Assembly (NCBI GenBank): GCA_043803745.1 | Contig: JAZDJS010000023.1 | Span: 1 to 15,382 of the forward strand | Length of the DNA stretch: 15,382 bases | Origin: an archaeon | GTDB taxonomy: Archaea; SpSt-1190; DYHY01 | Reading direction: 5' to 3' | Shown here: piece by piece, positions 7,116-15,301 of the stretch | How the letters are laid out: every line of letters starts with the position of its first letter | Position numbering within the stretch: position 1 is the first letter of the stretch | Program-made: the position numbers and the translations under genes | Notes under the pieces: model-generated | Database searches by the model: none | Told to the model about the DNA's origin: nothing | What the model saw: only the letters and a program-made list of their open reading frames with translations

Positions 7116-9881
7116 ATGGCAAAATCAAGGTTTTTTCAGCGGAAGCAGCAGGGGTTATTGGGATTTCTGGCGGTTTTCGGGCTTTTGGTCGTTTTTTCGA
7201 ACCTGGTTCTTGAGGAGGGATATTCTGTCGACCCTGGTTGCAGTGGCACACTTCCTTATTGCAGTGGCGGGGATGTCTGTTATAGTGGAAGCGGCTGCCC
7301 GAGTTGGTATTTAGGCACTACTTCCTATACCTGCACCGGCGACCGTTGTTGTACAACCGCAGACCCAACTGATTGTGGCTACGGCCTTTGTGGGCTCGTC
7401 ACTTGTTGTGGTTCAGATTGCAACGGAGGAGGCGAAGAAGAACCAACAACTGTGCCCACAACCGTAGCCGCGACATCAATTTCGACAACAACAGTCAGCT
7501 CACCAGACTCTTCAACGACATCAACCACCGTATCAGGCGATTCAACAATACCCACAACATCAAGCTCAACCTCAACGTCAACCTCGATAGCGACAACGAC
7601 AATAGACCCGTGCGCCGGAGTGACCTGCAACAGCGGGCCGGCCTGCCATGCGGAAGCAACATCCTGCTACGACGGGGATTGCCCCTATCCGAACGCATAT
7701 GAGGGGCAAAAGGACACGGTAGCTCCGGGACTCTGCAACCTGGCCGGACGGCTCTGCTGCGGCGGAATATGCTCGCCGAACCACTGCTCGGAAATCGCGG
7801 AATGCCTTTCGACAGGTTCATCAGCCCTTGCCGGCGAGGAAAGCAAGGTTTCCCCGTTCAATTCGGACATCGAATGCGTCTATTCAGCGGCAAGCCCGCG
7901 CGCATACCGGCATGCTTGCGCAAGCCCCGGAACCTGCGCATCCTCCTGCTCGAAAACAGACCTCGGCTTCGGCGGGTTCTGCACCTATTGCCCGTACAGT
8001 TTCATCGGATATATTTCAGATAATGCAAGCAGTTCAAGCGCCCAGCTTTCAATTGCGCTGAAATATGTCAATTCCTACGGGACGCTGATTTCGGAAAATA
8101 CGACTGGACCCGTTAGCGCGGGTTATTACGAGCAGATACCCGACTATGCATGCCTCGGAAGGACAATCGATCTTGAGCTTGACATTGACCAGCAGACGAA
8201 GCTCGGCCTCGGCAACTTCATAGTCCACAACCATCCCGCTTCGACGATAGAGAACTTCACGAAGCTCAACTTTCCCAACATCGCCGGCGTCTCCGAAAAC
8301 GGCATAGTAAACTCGATGATTGAAGGCGAGAAAACCTCCGCAGTGAGCGCAGTCGAATTCAAGGTGAATTCGACAATTGTCAAGATAACGTCGGCTGAGC
8401 CGACGGCCTCGGTCAGGTTCGACTATTACAACATAACCCTTTCCTATGCGAACGCGGACGTCCCGAACGTGATGGATGCCGGCGCGAAGGAAAGCTTCTC
8501 GGACGCCCTCGACATCTACAAGTGTTCCTCCGACTTCTTCCTTTTCGGGAGCGAATGCACGGGAGACTGGAAGAATTCCTCTGAAATCTCGGGAGTCCAC
8601 CTTGAAAAGGCGCTCACGCCCGAGGGCGGATATGTCAAGGGAGCCAACTACACGACCTTCTCTGCATTCTCGCTCGGAATTCCCATTGAGAACAACGGCG
8701 TTGCCTGCGCAAGGGACAGCGATTGCACGACCGGCTGCTGCGGAACGCCGACTTGGGAGGGCCGGAGATATTGCACGGATTGCGACCCGCCTTCCTGCGA
8801 CGGAAGCTTCTGCGAATGCACCGGGTTCCTTGATCCGATATGCAATCAGGAGCTGCCGGGAGTCCCGCTTCCGCCAACCCCGACAACAATTCCAATCGGC
8901 TGCCAGACCGATAACGACTGCTCCGGCTGCCATTTCTGCTCGAACAGTTCATTTGACCCGCTCACGGACCCATATGGCTCGAACCAGTGCCTTGCCTGCT
9001 CAACCCAACGAGACGGAATCTGCCTTTCTCCGAGCTGCATCGGCTGCGACCCGGACTGCTGTGCAACCACCCCTGACTGCGCCCCGCTCGGGAACAGCCC
9101 GCCTTATTTCTGCGAAAACACCACCCTTGACGGCACGGCCCTTTTGGTCGGGGTTTGCAGATCCTGCGAAACCGGAGGAAACCGGGACAGCTGGGTTCCC
9201 GACCCGGTCTGCGCCGGGCTTGACAACGATTTCTGCAACTCGAGCATCGAATGCGTAGATTCCAACACGATCTGCGCCTGCCAGGACGACGAATGTTTCT
9301 TCGGAATTTGCATGACCAAGCGCGGCAACTTCTGCGAATCTGATTCGGACTGCAACGCGAACACATATTGCTCAAGGAATGCGCACCTCTGCTCAAACAA
9401 CTGCTTCCTCAGCGTTTCCCCGAACAGGATCACATCCAAGCTCGGAAACCTCAAGATTTTCAAGCTTGTCCTCGCGGACCCTATCGGGAAGGAGTCCACT
9501 TATCGGGTGAAGATAGTCGATTCCGGCGCATATTCCTCCGGAGCCCCGTTCGCTTCTTTCCTTGACGGAAAGAAGTTCATGACCGTAACGGTTCCGAAGA
9601 ACGGAAGGAAGGAAATACCCGTCCAGTTCCGCGCGGCCGCAATAGGCAAGTTCAACCTTTTGTTCTCAGCGTCGAGCGTCGAGTTCTCGGGAGCGTCAAG
9701 AGAGGGGATAAACTCCGACCAGTGCGCCTCTCCGAGCGCAGCTTCCGCCGAAATAACGGTCGAAAGCGAGATTTCCTCAGGCTCCCAGTTCCTTTCAGCA
9801 CCGGGTCTTGGGGTTGCAGAACTGGGGCTTGTGATAGTCCTTGCGGGGTTTTTCTTCGCCCTTGTTGACAGAAGGCGCTGA
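7116..9881 (+). CDS. Large Cys-rich cell-surface protein (921 aa) with signal peptide, Thr/Ser linker and C-terminal PGL-TM-RRR anchor
   Basis: N-terminal hydrophobic signal and about 70 Cys by manual count in several clusters, including CxxDxDC units. Also a mucin-like T/S tract, beta-rich domains, and the C-terminus SAPGLGVAELGLVIVLAGFFFALVDRRR. Confidence 0.88.
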   Translation: MAKSRFFQRKQQGLLGFLAVFGLLVVFSNLVLEEGYSVDPGCSGTLPYCSGGDVCYSGSGCPSWYLGTTSYTCTGDRCCTTADPTDCGYGLCGLVTCCGSDCNGGGEEEPTTVPTTVAATSISTTTVSSPDSSTTSTTVSGDSTIPTTSSSTSTSTSIATTTIDPCAGVTCNSGPACHAEATSCYDGDCPYPNAYEGQKDTVAPGLCNLAGRLCCGGICSPNHCSEIAECLSTGSSALAGEESKVSPFNSDIECVYSAASPRAYRHACASPGTCASSCSKTDLGFGGFCTYCPYSFIGYISDNASSSSAQLSIALKYVNSYGTLISENTTGPVSAGYYEQIPDYACLGRTIDLELDIDQQTKLGLGNFIVHNHPASTIENFTKLNFPNIAGVSENGIVNSMIEGEKTSAVSAVEFKVNSTIVKITSAEPTASVRFDYYNITLSYANADVPNVMDAGAKESFSDALDIYKCSSDFFLFGSECTGDWKNSSEISGVHLEKALTPEGGYVKGANYTTFSAFSLGIPIENNGVACARDSDCTTGCCGTPTWEGRRYCTDCDPPSCDGSFCECTGFLDPICNQELPGVPLPPTPTTIPIGCQTDNDCSGCHFCSNSSFDPLTDPYGSNQCLACSTQRDGICLSPSCIGCDPDCCATTPDCAPLGNSPPYFCENTTLDGTALLVGVCRSCETGGNRDSWVPDPVCAGLDNDFCNSSIECVDSNTICACQDDECFFGICMTKRGNFCESDSDCNANTYCSRNAHLCSNNCFLSVSPNRITSKLGNLKIFKLVLADPIGKESTYRVKIVDSGAYSSGAPFASFLDGKKFMTVTVPKNGRKEIPVQFRAAAIGKFNLLFSASSVEFSGASREGINSDQCASPSAASAEITVESEISSGSQFLSAPGLGVAELGLVIVLAGFFFALVDRRR
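7443..7604 (+). repeat. Low-complexity Thr/Ser-rich linker (aca/acc/tca-rich) within 7116..9881
   Basis: Encodes PTTVPTTVAATSISTTTVSSPDSSTTSTTVSGDSTIPTTSSSTSTSTSIATTTI. Confidence 0.8.
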
Positions 9882-9900
9882 AACCGGGCGGAAAGAAGGT

Positions 9901-9913
9901 GCAGGTTATTTAA
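9901..9913 (+). promoter_or_regulatory. TATA-like promoter for 9944..10621
   Basis: TTATTTAA at 9906-9913 ends 30 nt before the ATG. The BRE is weak. Confidence 0.45.
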
Positions 9914-9943
9914 GCGCGGGCCGGGAAACCCGTCCGAAGAGAA

Positions 9944-10621
9944 ATGGCTGCCGCATCAAATGCAAAACCTTCAGTCAGGGTCGAGGTTTTTTCGAGCACA
10001 AGGTCCCAAAAAAGCGGAAATTCCTGGGGACCGTCCGAAGAGGAGAACGCCGAACCAATCGAGATAAAGGTTGCCAAGATGGACGAAACGCTCGACCGGC
10101 TTTCGAAAGGGCCTATCCTGTCCTCGGTTGAAATCCTCGAGCGGCGGGAAGATGAGAAGCGCGCCAAGGCAATTTCCGAACTTGATGCGGTCAAGCAGAG
10201 GCTGAAGGGGCTTGAGGAGCGGGATTCCGTTACGCTTGAGGAGATTTACGCAAGCCTCAAGGAAGTTGACAAGGTAAAGAAGGCGATATTTCCCTATGGC
10301 GAGGACAATTCGGACGGCCTGCTGAACGCGCAGCTCAAGGAAATCGAGCGGAAACTCGGGCTCATTCTCGCGCATGCCGCAGCCCAGCAGGAATATGCGA
10401 AAAGCCTTGACGTGCGCCTTTCCGCAATCGAGGGGAAGATGAATTCCCTTGAATCCGTTGTCGGGAGGATTGATTTCCCAATCGACCAGCTGAAGAACTT
10501 TTTCTCAATGCTCCTTGAAACGAACACCCAGATGAAGGAATTCGAGCTGGATCTCCTCACGACCCTGAAACGGGTGAGAAAAGTGGAATTGGAGCTCCGG
10601 GCGCTTGAAAAGGGCGCTTGA
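9944..10621 (+). CDS. Hypothetical coiled-coil protein, 225 aa
   Basis: E/K/L-rich heptad pattern after a polar N-terminal segment. No TM segment. Confidence 0.85.
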   Translation: MAAASNAKPSVRVEVFSSTRSQKSGNSWGPSEEENAEPIEIKVAKMDETLDRLSKGPILSSVEILERREDEKRAKAISELDAVKQRLKGLEERDSVTLEEIYASLKEVDKVKKAIFPYGEDNSDGLLNAQLKEIERKLGLILAHAAAQQEYAKSLDVRLSAIEGKMNSLESVVGRIDFPIDQLKNFFSMLLETNTQMKEFELDLLTTLKRVRKVELELRALEKGA

Positions 10622-10643
10622 AGGCGGAAAAGACCGAAATCCG

Positions 10644-10659
10644 GAGAAACCCATTTATA
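10644..10659 (+). promoter_or_regulatory. BRE-TATA promoter for 10684..10905
   Basis: GAGAAACCCA-TTTATA ends 24 nt before the ATG at 10684. Confidence 0.55.
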
Positions 10660-10683
10660 GGAAAGGCGTTGGATTAGCTTAAA

Positions 10684-10905
10684 ATGGCCGAAATGGAAAC
10701 GCAGACAATTTCGTTGATTGTGACCGCAATTTTGATTCTGGCAATATTCTATCTGCTCAGGAGCGTTACCCGAAGGATGGCAATCATGAAACTCCTCAAG
10801 GAGAAGGGGCACCTTTTCGCAGCAATGAAGCCCGCTCCAGCGGGAAAGAAGAAAGCGCCGGCGAAGAGGAAGAAAGCTGTCAAGAGGAAAAAGGGCCGGA
10901 GATAG
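10684..10905 (+). CDS. Small single-pass membrane protein with Lys/Arg/Ala-rich C-terminal tail, 73 aa
   Basis: TM segment ISLIVTAILILAIFYLL and tail KPAPAGKKKAPAKRKKAVKRKKGRR. Has its own TATA. Confidence 0.78.
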   Translation: MAEMETQTISLIVTAILILAIFYLLRSVTRRMAIMKLLKEKGHLFAAMKPAPAGKKKAPAKRKKAVKRKKGRR

Positions 10906-10966
10906 TTAAGCTTAAGCGGGCACCACGGGGCAACCTGACTTGAAGGGACGCTGAAAGGAAGCCGTA

Positions 10967-10982
10967 GGCAACCTTATTTATA
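10967..10982 (+). promoter_or_regulatory. BRE-TATA promoter for the S8 protease
   Basis: GGCAACC-TTATTTATA ends 21 nt before the GTG at 11004. It is followed by the short inverted repeat accct-tttt-agggt. Confidence 0.6.
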
Positions 10983-11003
10983 CCCTTTTTAGGGTTTTGT
11001 CAA

Positions 11004-14000
11004 GTGGCGGGAATAAGGAGCTTGCTTCTTTTTGCGGGGTTCGCCCTCTTCGTTTCATTCGCCATTCTCGCCAGCCCCGCCTTTTGCGCAAAAAAACCAG
11101 GACTTTCCCAGAATGTTGCCTCAATGTCAGAGCATTCGGGCGGCATTGACGTCCTCCTGACCCTTTCGAACGCGTCCCAGGACGAGCTTGACGCGCTTGC
11201 GGAATTGGTTCCCGTGAAGACGATTAGCCGGTTCAGGGAAACCAACACAACAATTGTTTCAGCAAGGCTTGATTCCCGAGCCAAGCTTTCCGCAATCTTG
11301 GATGCATTTCCGGCGGGCTTGAGAAGCCTTGATTCGATTGAGGAGGTCCGGGAGGTTCGTGCGCATCTTGACGTTTCAAGGGGGCTTGTCGGGATTTCAG
11401 GCGGGCTTTCCAGCTATTCCCTGAAAGGGCTGAAGCGGACTGCAATCGCGATAATAGACACCGGGCTTGATGCTGACCATCCGGACGTCAACCTGACGCG
11501 GCTCAACTGGTCCTATCCGAACCCCCTGCCTTGGCACGATTTCGTTTACGACGAGCTCTTGCCTTATGACGACAACATTGATGACGAGGACCCAGACATC
11601 GTAATAGGGCACGGAACGCACGTTTCCGGGATTGCTTTCGGCGCGGGTCTTTTGAATTCCTCCCTTTCCGGAGTTGCTCCGAACTCGAGTTTCGCTTCCC
11701 TCAAGGTCCTTAACGAATTCGGGAGCGGCTCTACACCGGACATTGTTGACGCAATGACCTGGGTTGAGGACAACAAGGAGGCCTACAACATAACCGTTGC
11801 AAGCATGAGCCTCGGACTGAGTTCTCCCGGCGTGATTGACACCGCCCTTGACAATGCGGCGAATTCCCTTGTCGGGGCGGGCGTCGTCGTCGTATGCTCC
11901 GCCGGAAACAAGGGGCCGACAGGGAAAATGAGCAGCCCGGCAACGGCGCAGAAATGCATCTCGGTCGTTGCCCTTTCCGATTCAGCCCAGCTTACGAGCT
12001 ACAGCAGCATCGGGAACGCGACCCGCCAGCCCGATATTGCCGCTCCCGGAGGCTCGATAATCTCAGGGTCGAAGATAAATTCGACGATGTCTAACTCGAC
12101 AGGCCTTGCGGACAACAACTATCACGAGCTTGCCGGGACATCGATGGCGGCGCCCCATGTCGCTGGCGCAGCTCAGCTGGTCATCCAGGCAATGGATTCT
12201 GCAGGGGAGCCCTGGAACTATACCGAAGCCCAGGCGCTCAAGGTAAAAATGCTTTTGCTGATGACCGCGACCGAGACGAACAAGACAAGGGAAAGCGGAG
12301 GATACAACCCCGTCCTCAACCGGGGTGACCCCGACAATTACGAGGGCTACGGGCAGATGAACATCGAGGGCGCTGTCGATTCCGCCATTTACAATCTTTC
12401 CGTAAATTCCCCGGCGAACGTTTCCTTTGAGAACGCCACCAACGGGACGAAGGTTTTCGCCCGGAAGGTTTTTCTAGAGTCTGGCCGGGCTTTCAATGCA
12501 TTTTTGAACGTTTCCGCAGGGACGGATGCCGACATTTTCCTCTATTCGGGAACGCCGGACCAATATGGCCGACCGGTAATCCTTAACAAATCGGTTTCGG
12601 CCGGATTCGGCGGGAACGAGTCGTTCTTCTATGTTCCTGACGCGAATCAGACGGCATACCTTGTCGCGAAATTGGTTTCAGGAAGTTCCGGAAATCAGAC
12701 GGTTTCAACAAGCTTCCCGTCGATTGATGCGGTTGCGGGAAATCTGGTCGTCCCCGGAGAAACTTTTTATCCAGGCGGCCTTCTCTGGGCTGAAATTGAA
12801 ACCGCCCTTGGCAACGGCACCCTTGCGAACGCAACAGTGATTTCCCTTCAGCAAGGAAGCTGCATTGGCGCGTATTCCACCACCTACCTTTCAGAAGGGA
12901 GATACAACCTCACTGCAAACATTTCCGGATATCTTGGGAACTGCACACTAAGCTTCTCCGGGACGAGGGATGCGGAATTCTTCCAAAGTGGAAACTACAC
13001 AATCCAAGTTGATCTGCTTTCAATGAACTCGTCCTCAGAGATGCAGAGGAACCTTTGGGAGCAGGCGAACCTCTCCTTCTACGCCCCTTCGCCCGGGGTG
13101 AATCTCACGGTGACAAATTCAACCGGGGGGAACGTTTCCTATTCGGAGGTTTCCCCGGGGCAGTATGTTTCAGAAGTCTTTTGCGGCGCTAACGGAACTT
13201 TCCAGTACAACGCCACCGCAACCTATGGAGCTGCAAACGATTCCGAGAACTTTACCCTTCATTGCTTTGAGCCGTTCAATCTCTCAGTCTCAGCAGGCAA
13301 CAGTTCGGTCTGGATGAACGAGAACCTGACAGTTCTTGCGAACCTCACCTCAACGGGCCTGAACCTTTCGGAGGGGAACGCGACCTGCAACGGCACGATA
13401 ATTGGCGAAGCTTTCGCAAATCTCGCCAACGTTTCAATTTCCGAGGGCGAGGTTCTTGGGCTTGACTTGCCGGAATGGAACGCGACAAATTCAGCCAACG
13501 GGACGCACAACGTCTCAATCCAGTGCAAATATCTGAACTACACTTCCGCGGCGAACGCAAGCTTCTCAATACTTCCCGCTTTCCGGACGAATTTCACCCT
13601 TTCCGAAAACACTTCAGTTGAGGCCCGGAGGCCCGGAGGAATTCTTCTTGCGGGAGTCTCAGGGAACATGACCGACCTCTTTTTCACCGAGCAGTTTTCC
13701 TTCCAGGGTTTGCTTTCAGGCTTGCTGCATTTCAACCTTTCCTCGGAGAACACATCCCTTTCCCTGCTTGGTCTTGACAGCTTCCTTGTTGAGCCGACTG
13801 TCAATTATCCGAACGGGAGCGTGCCGATTTCCTCCGTTTTTGTCAACACAAGCCTGGTTTTCCCCGGAGCCCCGGGGAGCTATTCAATCGTCTTCCTGAA
13901 CAATTCAACTTCCCCGGTAGCTTACTGCCCCGGGAACTGTTCCGAGAATTTCACTGAAGTCTCCCAAAACTCCCAGATTTCCTTTGAGCTCCCGGCAACC

Positions 14001-15230
14001 TTCTCAATTTTCGAGCGCGCCAACCTTACGCTCCAGAATCTTTCGGTTTCAACTCCGGTAACTTCCGCAGGGAGAATTTACGCTTCAGGGATTCTTGCCC
14101 TCGACTATTGGAACGGAACGCTTTCCCCCGTCAGCGCGCCCATTGCCTGGTCGCTCTCTTCTTCAGGAGCTTCCGGAACAGTCAATTCAAACTCGACCGG
14201 CCACTTTGCGTTCGAGTTCGCGCCGCCCCTCGCAGGAACATACACATTCGGGATTTCCTCGCAGGGATATGGCGTTGCGAACAATTTTTCAGCTGAGCGA
14301 ACAGTAACCGTGACCCCGACCTGCGGGAATGGCCATTGCGAAACCGGAGAATCCTGCTGCGGGGACTGCGGGGGCTGCCAGTCATCAAGCGGAGGCGGTG
14401 GAGGATTTTTGCCGCCCGAGCCAACCACCACTACGACAATCGAAGATTCAGAGCCGAAAATAGAGTTACCACAAACGACTGAAATACCCGGGGCAAACGA
14501 GTCAAACAGCGCAACTGTTGAAAACGGTTTTTTGGTGCTTTCGAAAACCGCGGAAAGTTTCACAGCGGAAATTTTCCCGACCGGGGAAACCGAGGGGAAC
14601 CCCGAGGGGAAACTGATAGAAATTACCGAACCGATAAAAGATTTCTCGCTCCAGCGGGTTTCTTTCGCCGTTCCCGCCGCTTCTGGCCGAAGGGATAACC
14701 AAACAGGAAAAAAATTCAAGATTTCCAAAATCCCTGCCGAGAACATTTCGCTCCTGAAGATTCTTCCGTACGCGGGCTTTGCAGTTACCGGAGCGCCCGA
14801 GACAACCGGAAACATCACGTTCAATTTCTCCGTCGAGACGGAATGGCTTGCTCGGACGAGCGCGGAACCTTCCGAAATAGTCCTGCTTAGGAAGCTCGAC
14901 AATTCCTCCGACTGGCAGTTGATTGTTCCTGAGAGTTTGGGCGGGAACGGGACGCACCAGTTCTACTCGGCTGAAAGCCCGGGCTTTTCCACTTTCGTGA
15001 TTGCGGTGACCGATCTCAACTCGCGAATCCGATTCGGAGAACCCGAGGAAAGTTCATTCAGCCCTGGAAAGATGGCCAGCTTAGTCGTTCTGATTGCTTT
15101 CGTCTTTTCAGTTGTCTTCTACTACTTGACAATCCGACGCGCGAAAAAATCTTCGGCAAGTCCGCGGGATGAACTTGTAAGCAAGCTTCGCGCGCGCCTC
15201 GCCGGCTGGAAGAAAAAAGGGTATATTTAA
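11004..15230 (+). CDS. Membrane-anchored S8 (subtilisin-like) serine protease with long stalk and PGF-pre-PGF domain, 1408 aa
   Basis: Signal peptide. Catalytic triad D152 (IIDTG), H203 (GHGTHVSG) and S380 (AGTSMAAPHVAG), plus oxyanion Asn (SAGN). CGNGHCETGESCCGDC motif, PGF-pre-PGF-type segment (ITFNFSVETEWL...YSAESPGFSTFVI), C-terminal TM and basic tail. Confidence 0.95.
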   Translation: MAGIRSLLLFAGFALFVSFAILASPAFCAKKPGLSQNVASMSEHSGGIDVLLTLSNASQDELDALAELVPVKTISRFRETNTTIVSARLDSRAKLSAILDAFPAGLRSLDSIEEVREVRAHLDVSRGLVGISGGLSSYSLKGLKRTAIAIIDTGLDADHPDVNLTRLNWSYPNPLPWHDFVYDELLPYDDNIDDEDPDIVIGHGTHVSGIAFGAGLLNSSLSGVAPNSSFASLKVLNEFGSGSTPDIVDAMTWVEDNKEAYNITVASMSLGLSSPGVIDTALDNAANSLVGAGVVVVCSAGNKGPTGKMSSPATAQKCISVVALSDSAQLTSYSSIGNATRQPDIAAPGGSIISGSKINSTMSNSTGLADNNYHELAGTSMAAPHVAGAAQLVIQAMDSAGEPWNYTEAQALKVKMLLLMTATETNKTRESGGYNPVLNRGDPDNYEGYGQMNIEGAVDSAIYNLSVNSPANVSFENATNGTKVFARKVFLESGRAFNAFLNVSAGTDADIFLYSGTPDQYGRPVILNKSVSAGFGGNESFFYVPDANQTAYLVAKLVSGSSGNQTVSTSFPSIDAVAGNLVVPGETFYPGGLLWAEIETALGNGTLANATVISLQQGSCIGAYSTTYLSEGRYNLTANISGYLGNCTLSFSGTRDAEFFQSGNYTIQVDLLSMNSSSEMQRNLWEQANLSFYAPSPGVNLTVTNSTGGNVSYSEVSPGQYVSEVFCGANGTFQYNATATYGAANDSENFTLHCFEPFNLSVSAGNSSVWMNENLTVLANLTSTGLNLSEGNATCNGTIIGEAFANLANVSISEGEVLGLDLPEWNATNSANGTHNVSIQCKYLNYTSAANASFSILPAFRTNFTLSENTSVEARRPGGILLAGVSGNMTDLFFTEQFSFQGLLSGLLHFNLSSENTSLSLLGLDSFLVEPTVNYPNGSVPISSVFVNTSLVFPGAPGSYSIVFLNNSTSPVAYCPGNCSENFTEVSQNSQISFELPATFSIFERANLTLQNLSVSTPVTSAGRIYASGILALDYWNGTLSPVSAPIAWSLSSSGASGTVNSNSTGHFAFEFAPPLAGTYTFGISSQGYGVANNFSAERTVTVTPTCGNGHCETGESCCGDCGGCQSSSGGGGGFLPPEPTTTTTIEDSEPKIELPQTTEIPGANESNSATVENGFLVLSKTAESFTAEIFPTGETEGNPEGKLIEITEPIKDFSLQRVSFAVPAASGRRDNQTGKKFKISKIPAENISLLKILPYAGFAVTGAPETTGNITFNFSVETEWLARTSAEPSEIVLLRKLDNSSDWQLIVPESLGGNGTHQFYSAESPGFSTFVIAVTDLNSRIRFGEPEESSFSPGKMASLVVLIAFVFSVVFYYLTIRRAKKSSASPRDELVSKLRARLAGWKKKGYI

Positions 15231-15301
15231 TGCCCCTCGGGCAAGGCTGCGCCCGGAGGGCGGCCGCGCGCGAAATATACCGAGAAAAACGCAGAGGGGC
15301 T

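Noticed and set aside
7116-7421. Class III (pilin-type) or Tat signal, or a DGR variable region, in the Cys-rich protein
   Set aside because: RKQQ is not a [KR][GA] prepilin cleavage site and there is no twin-Arg consensus. No template repeat or reverse transcriptase is present, and the TGT/TGC difference is not adenine-specific.
7443-7604. Possible CRISPR or tandem DNA repeat
   Set aside because: The repetitiveness is explained by Thr/Ser codons. There is no constant repeat-spacer period.
8049-9499. Long alternative-frame and antisense ORFs inside the Cys-rich gene (8049..8933 -, 8476..9258 +, 8962..9396 -, 9104..9499 -)
   Set aside because: Shadow ORFs expected from strong C/G-ending codon bias. 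The translations are Arg/Ala-rich or lack motifs, and no promoters were seen.
10921-10966. Resemblance to the c-di-GMP-I riboswitch (GGCAA.CC...GGGACGC) or an archaeal SECIS
   Set aside because: It lacks the internal GNRA stem and the second hairpin, and lies upstream of the protease TATA, so it is not in that 5' UTR. No in-frame TGA selenoprotein candidate is nearby.
14105-14957. Antisense ORFs of 265 and 151 aa within the protease
   Set aside because: They fully overlap a well-supported gene and carry no recognisable motifs.
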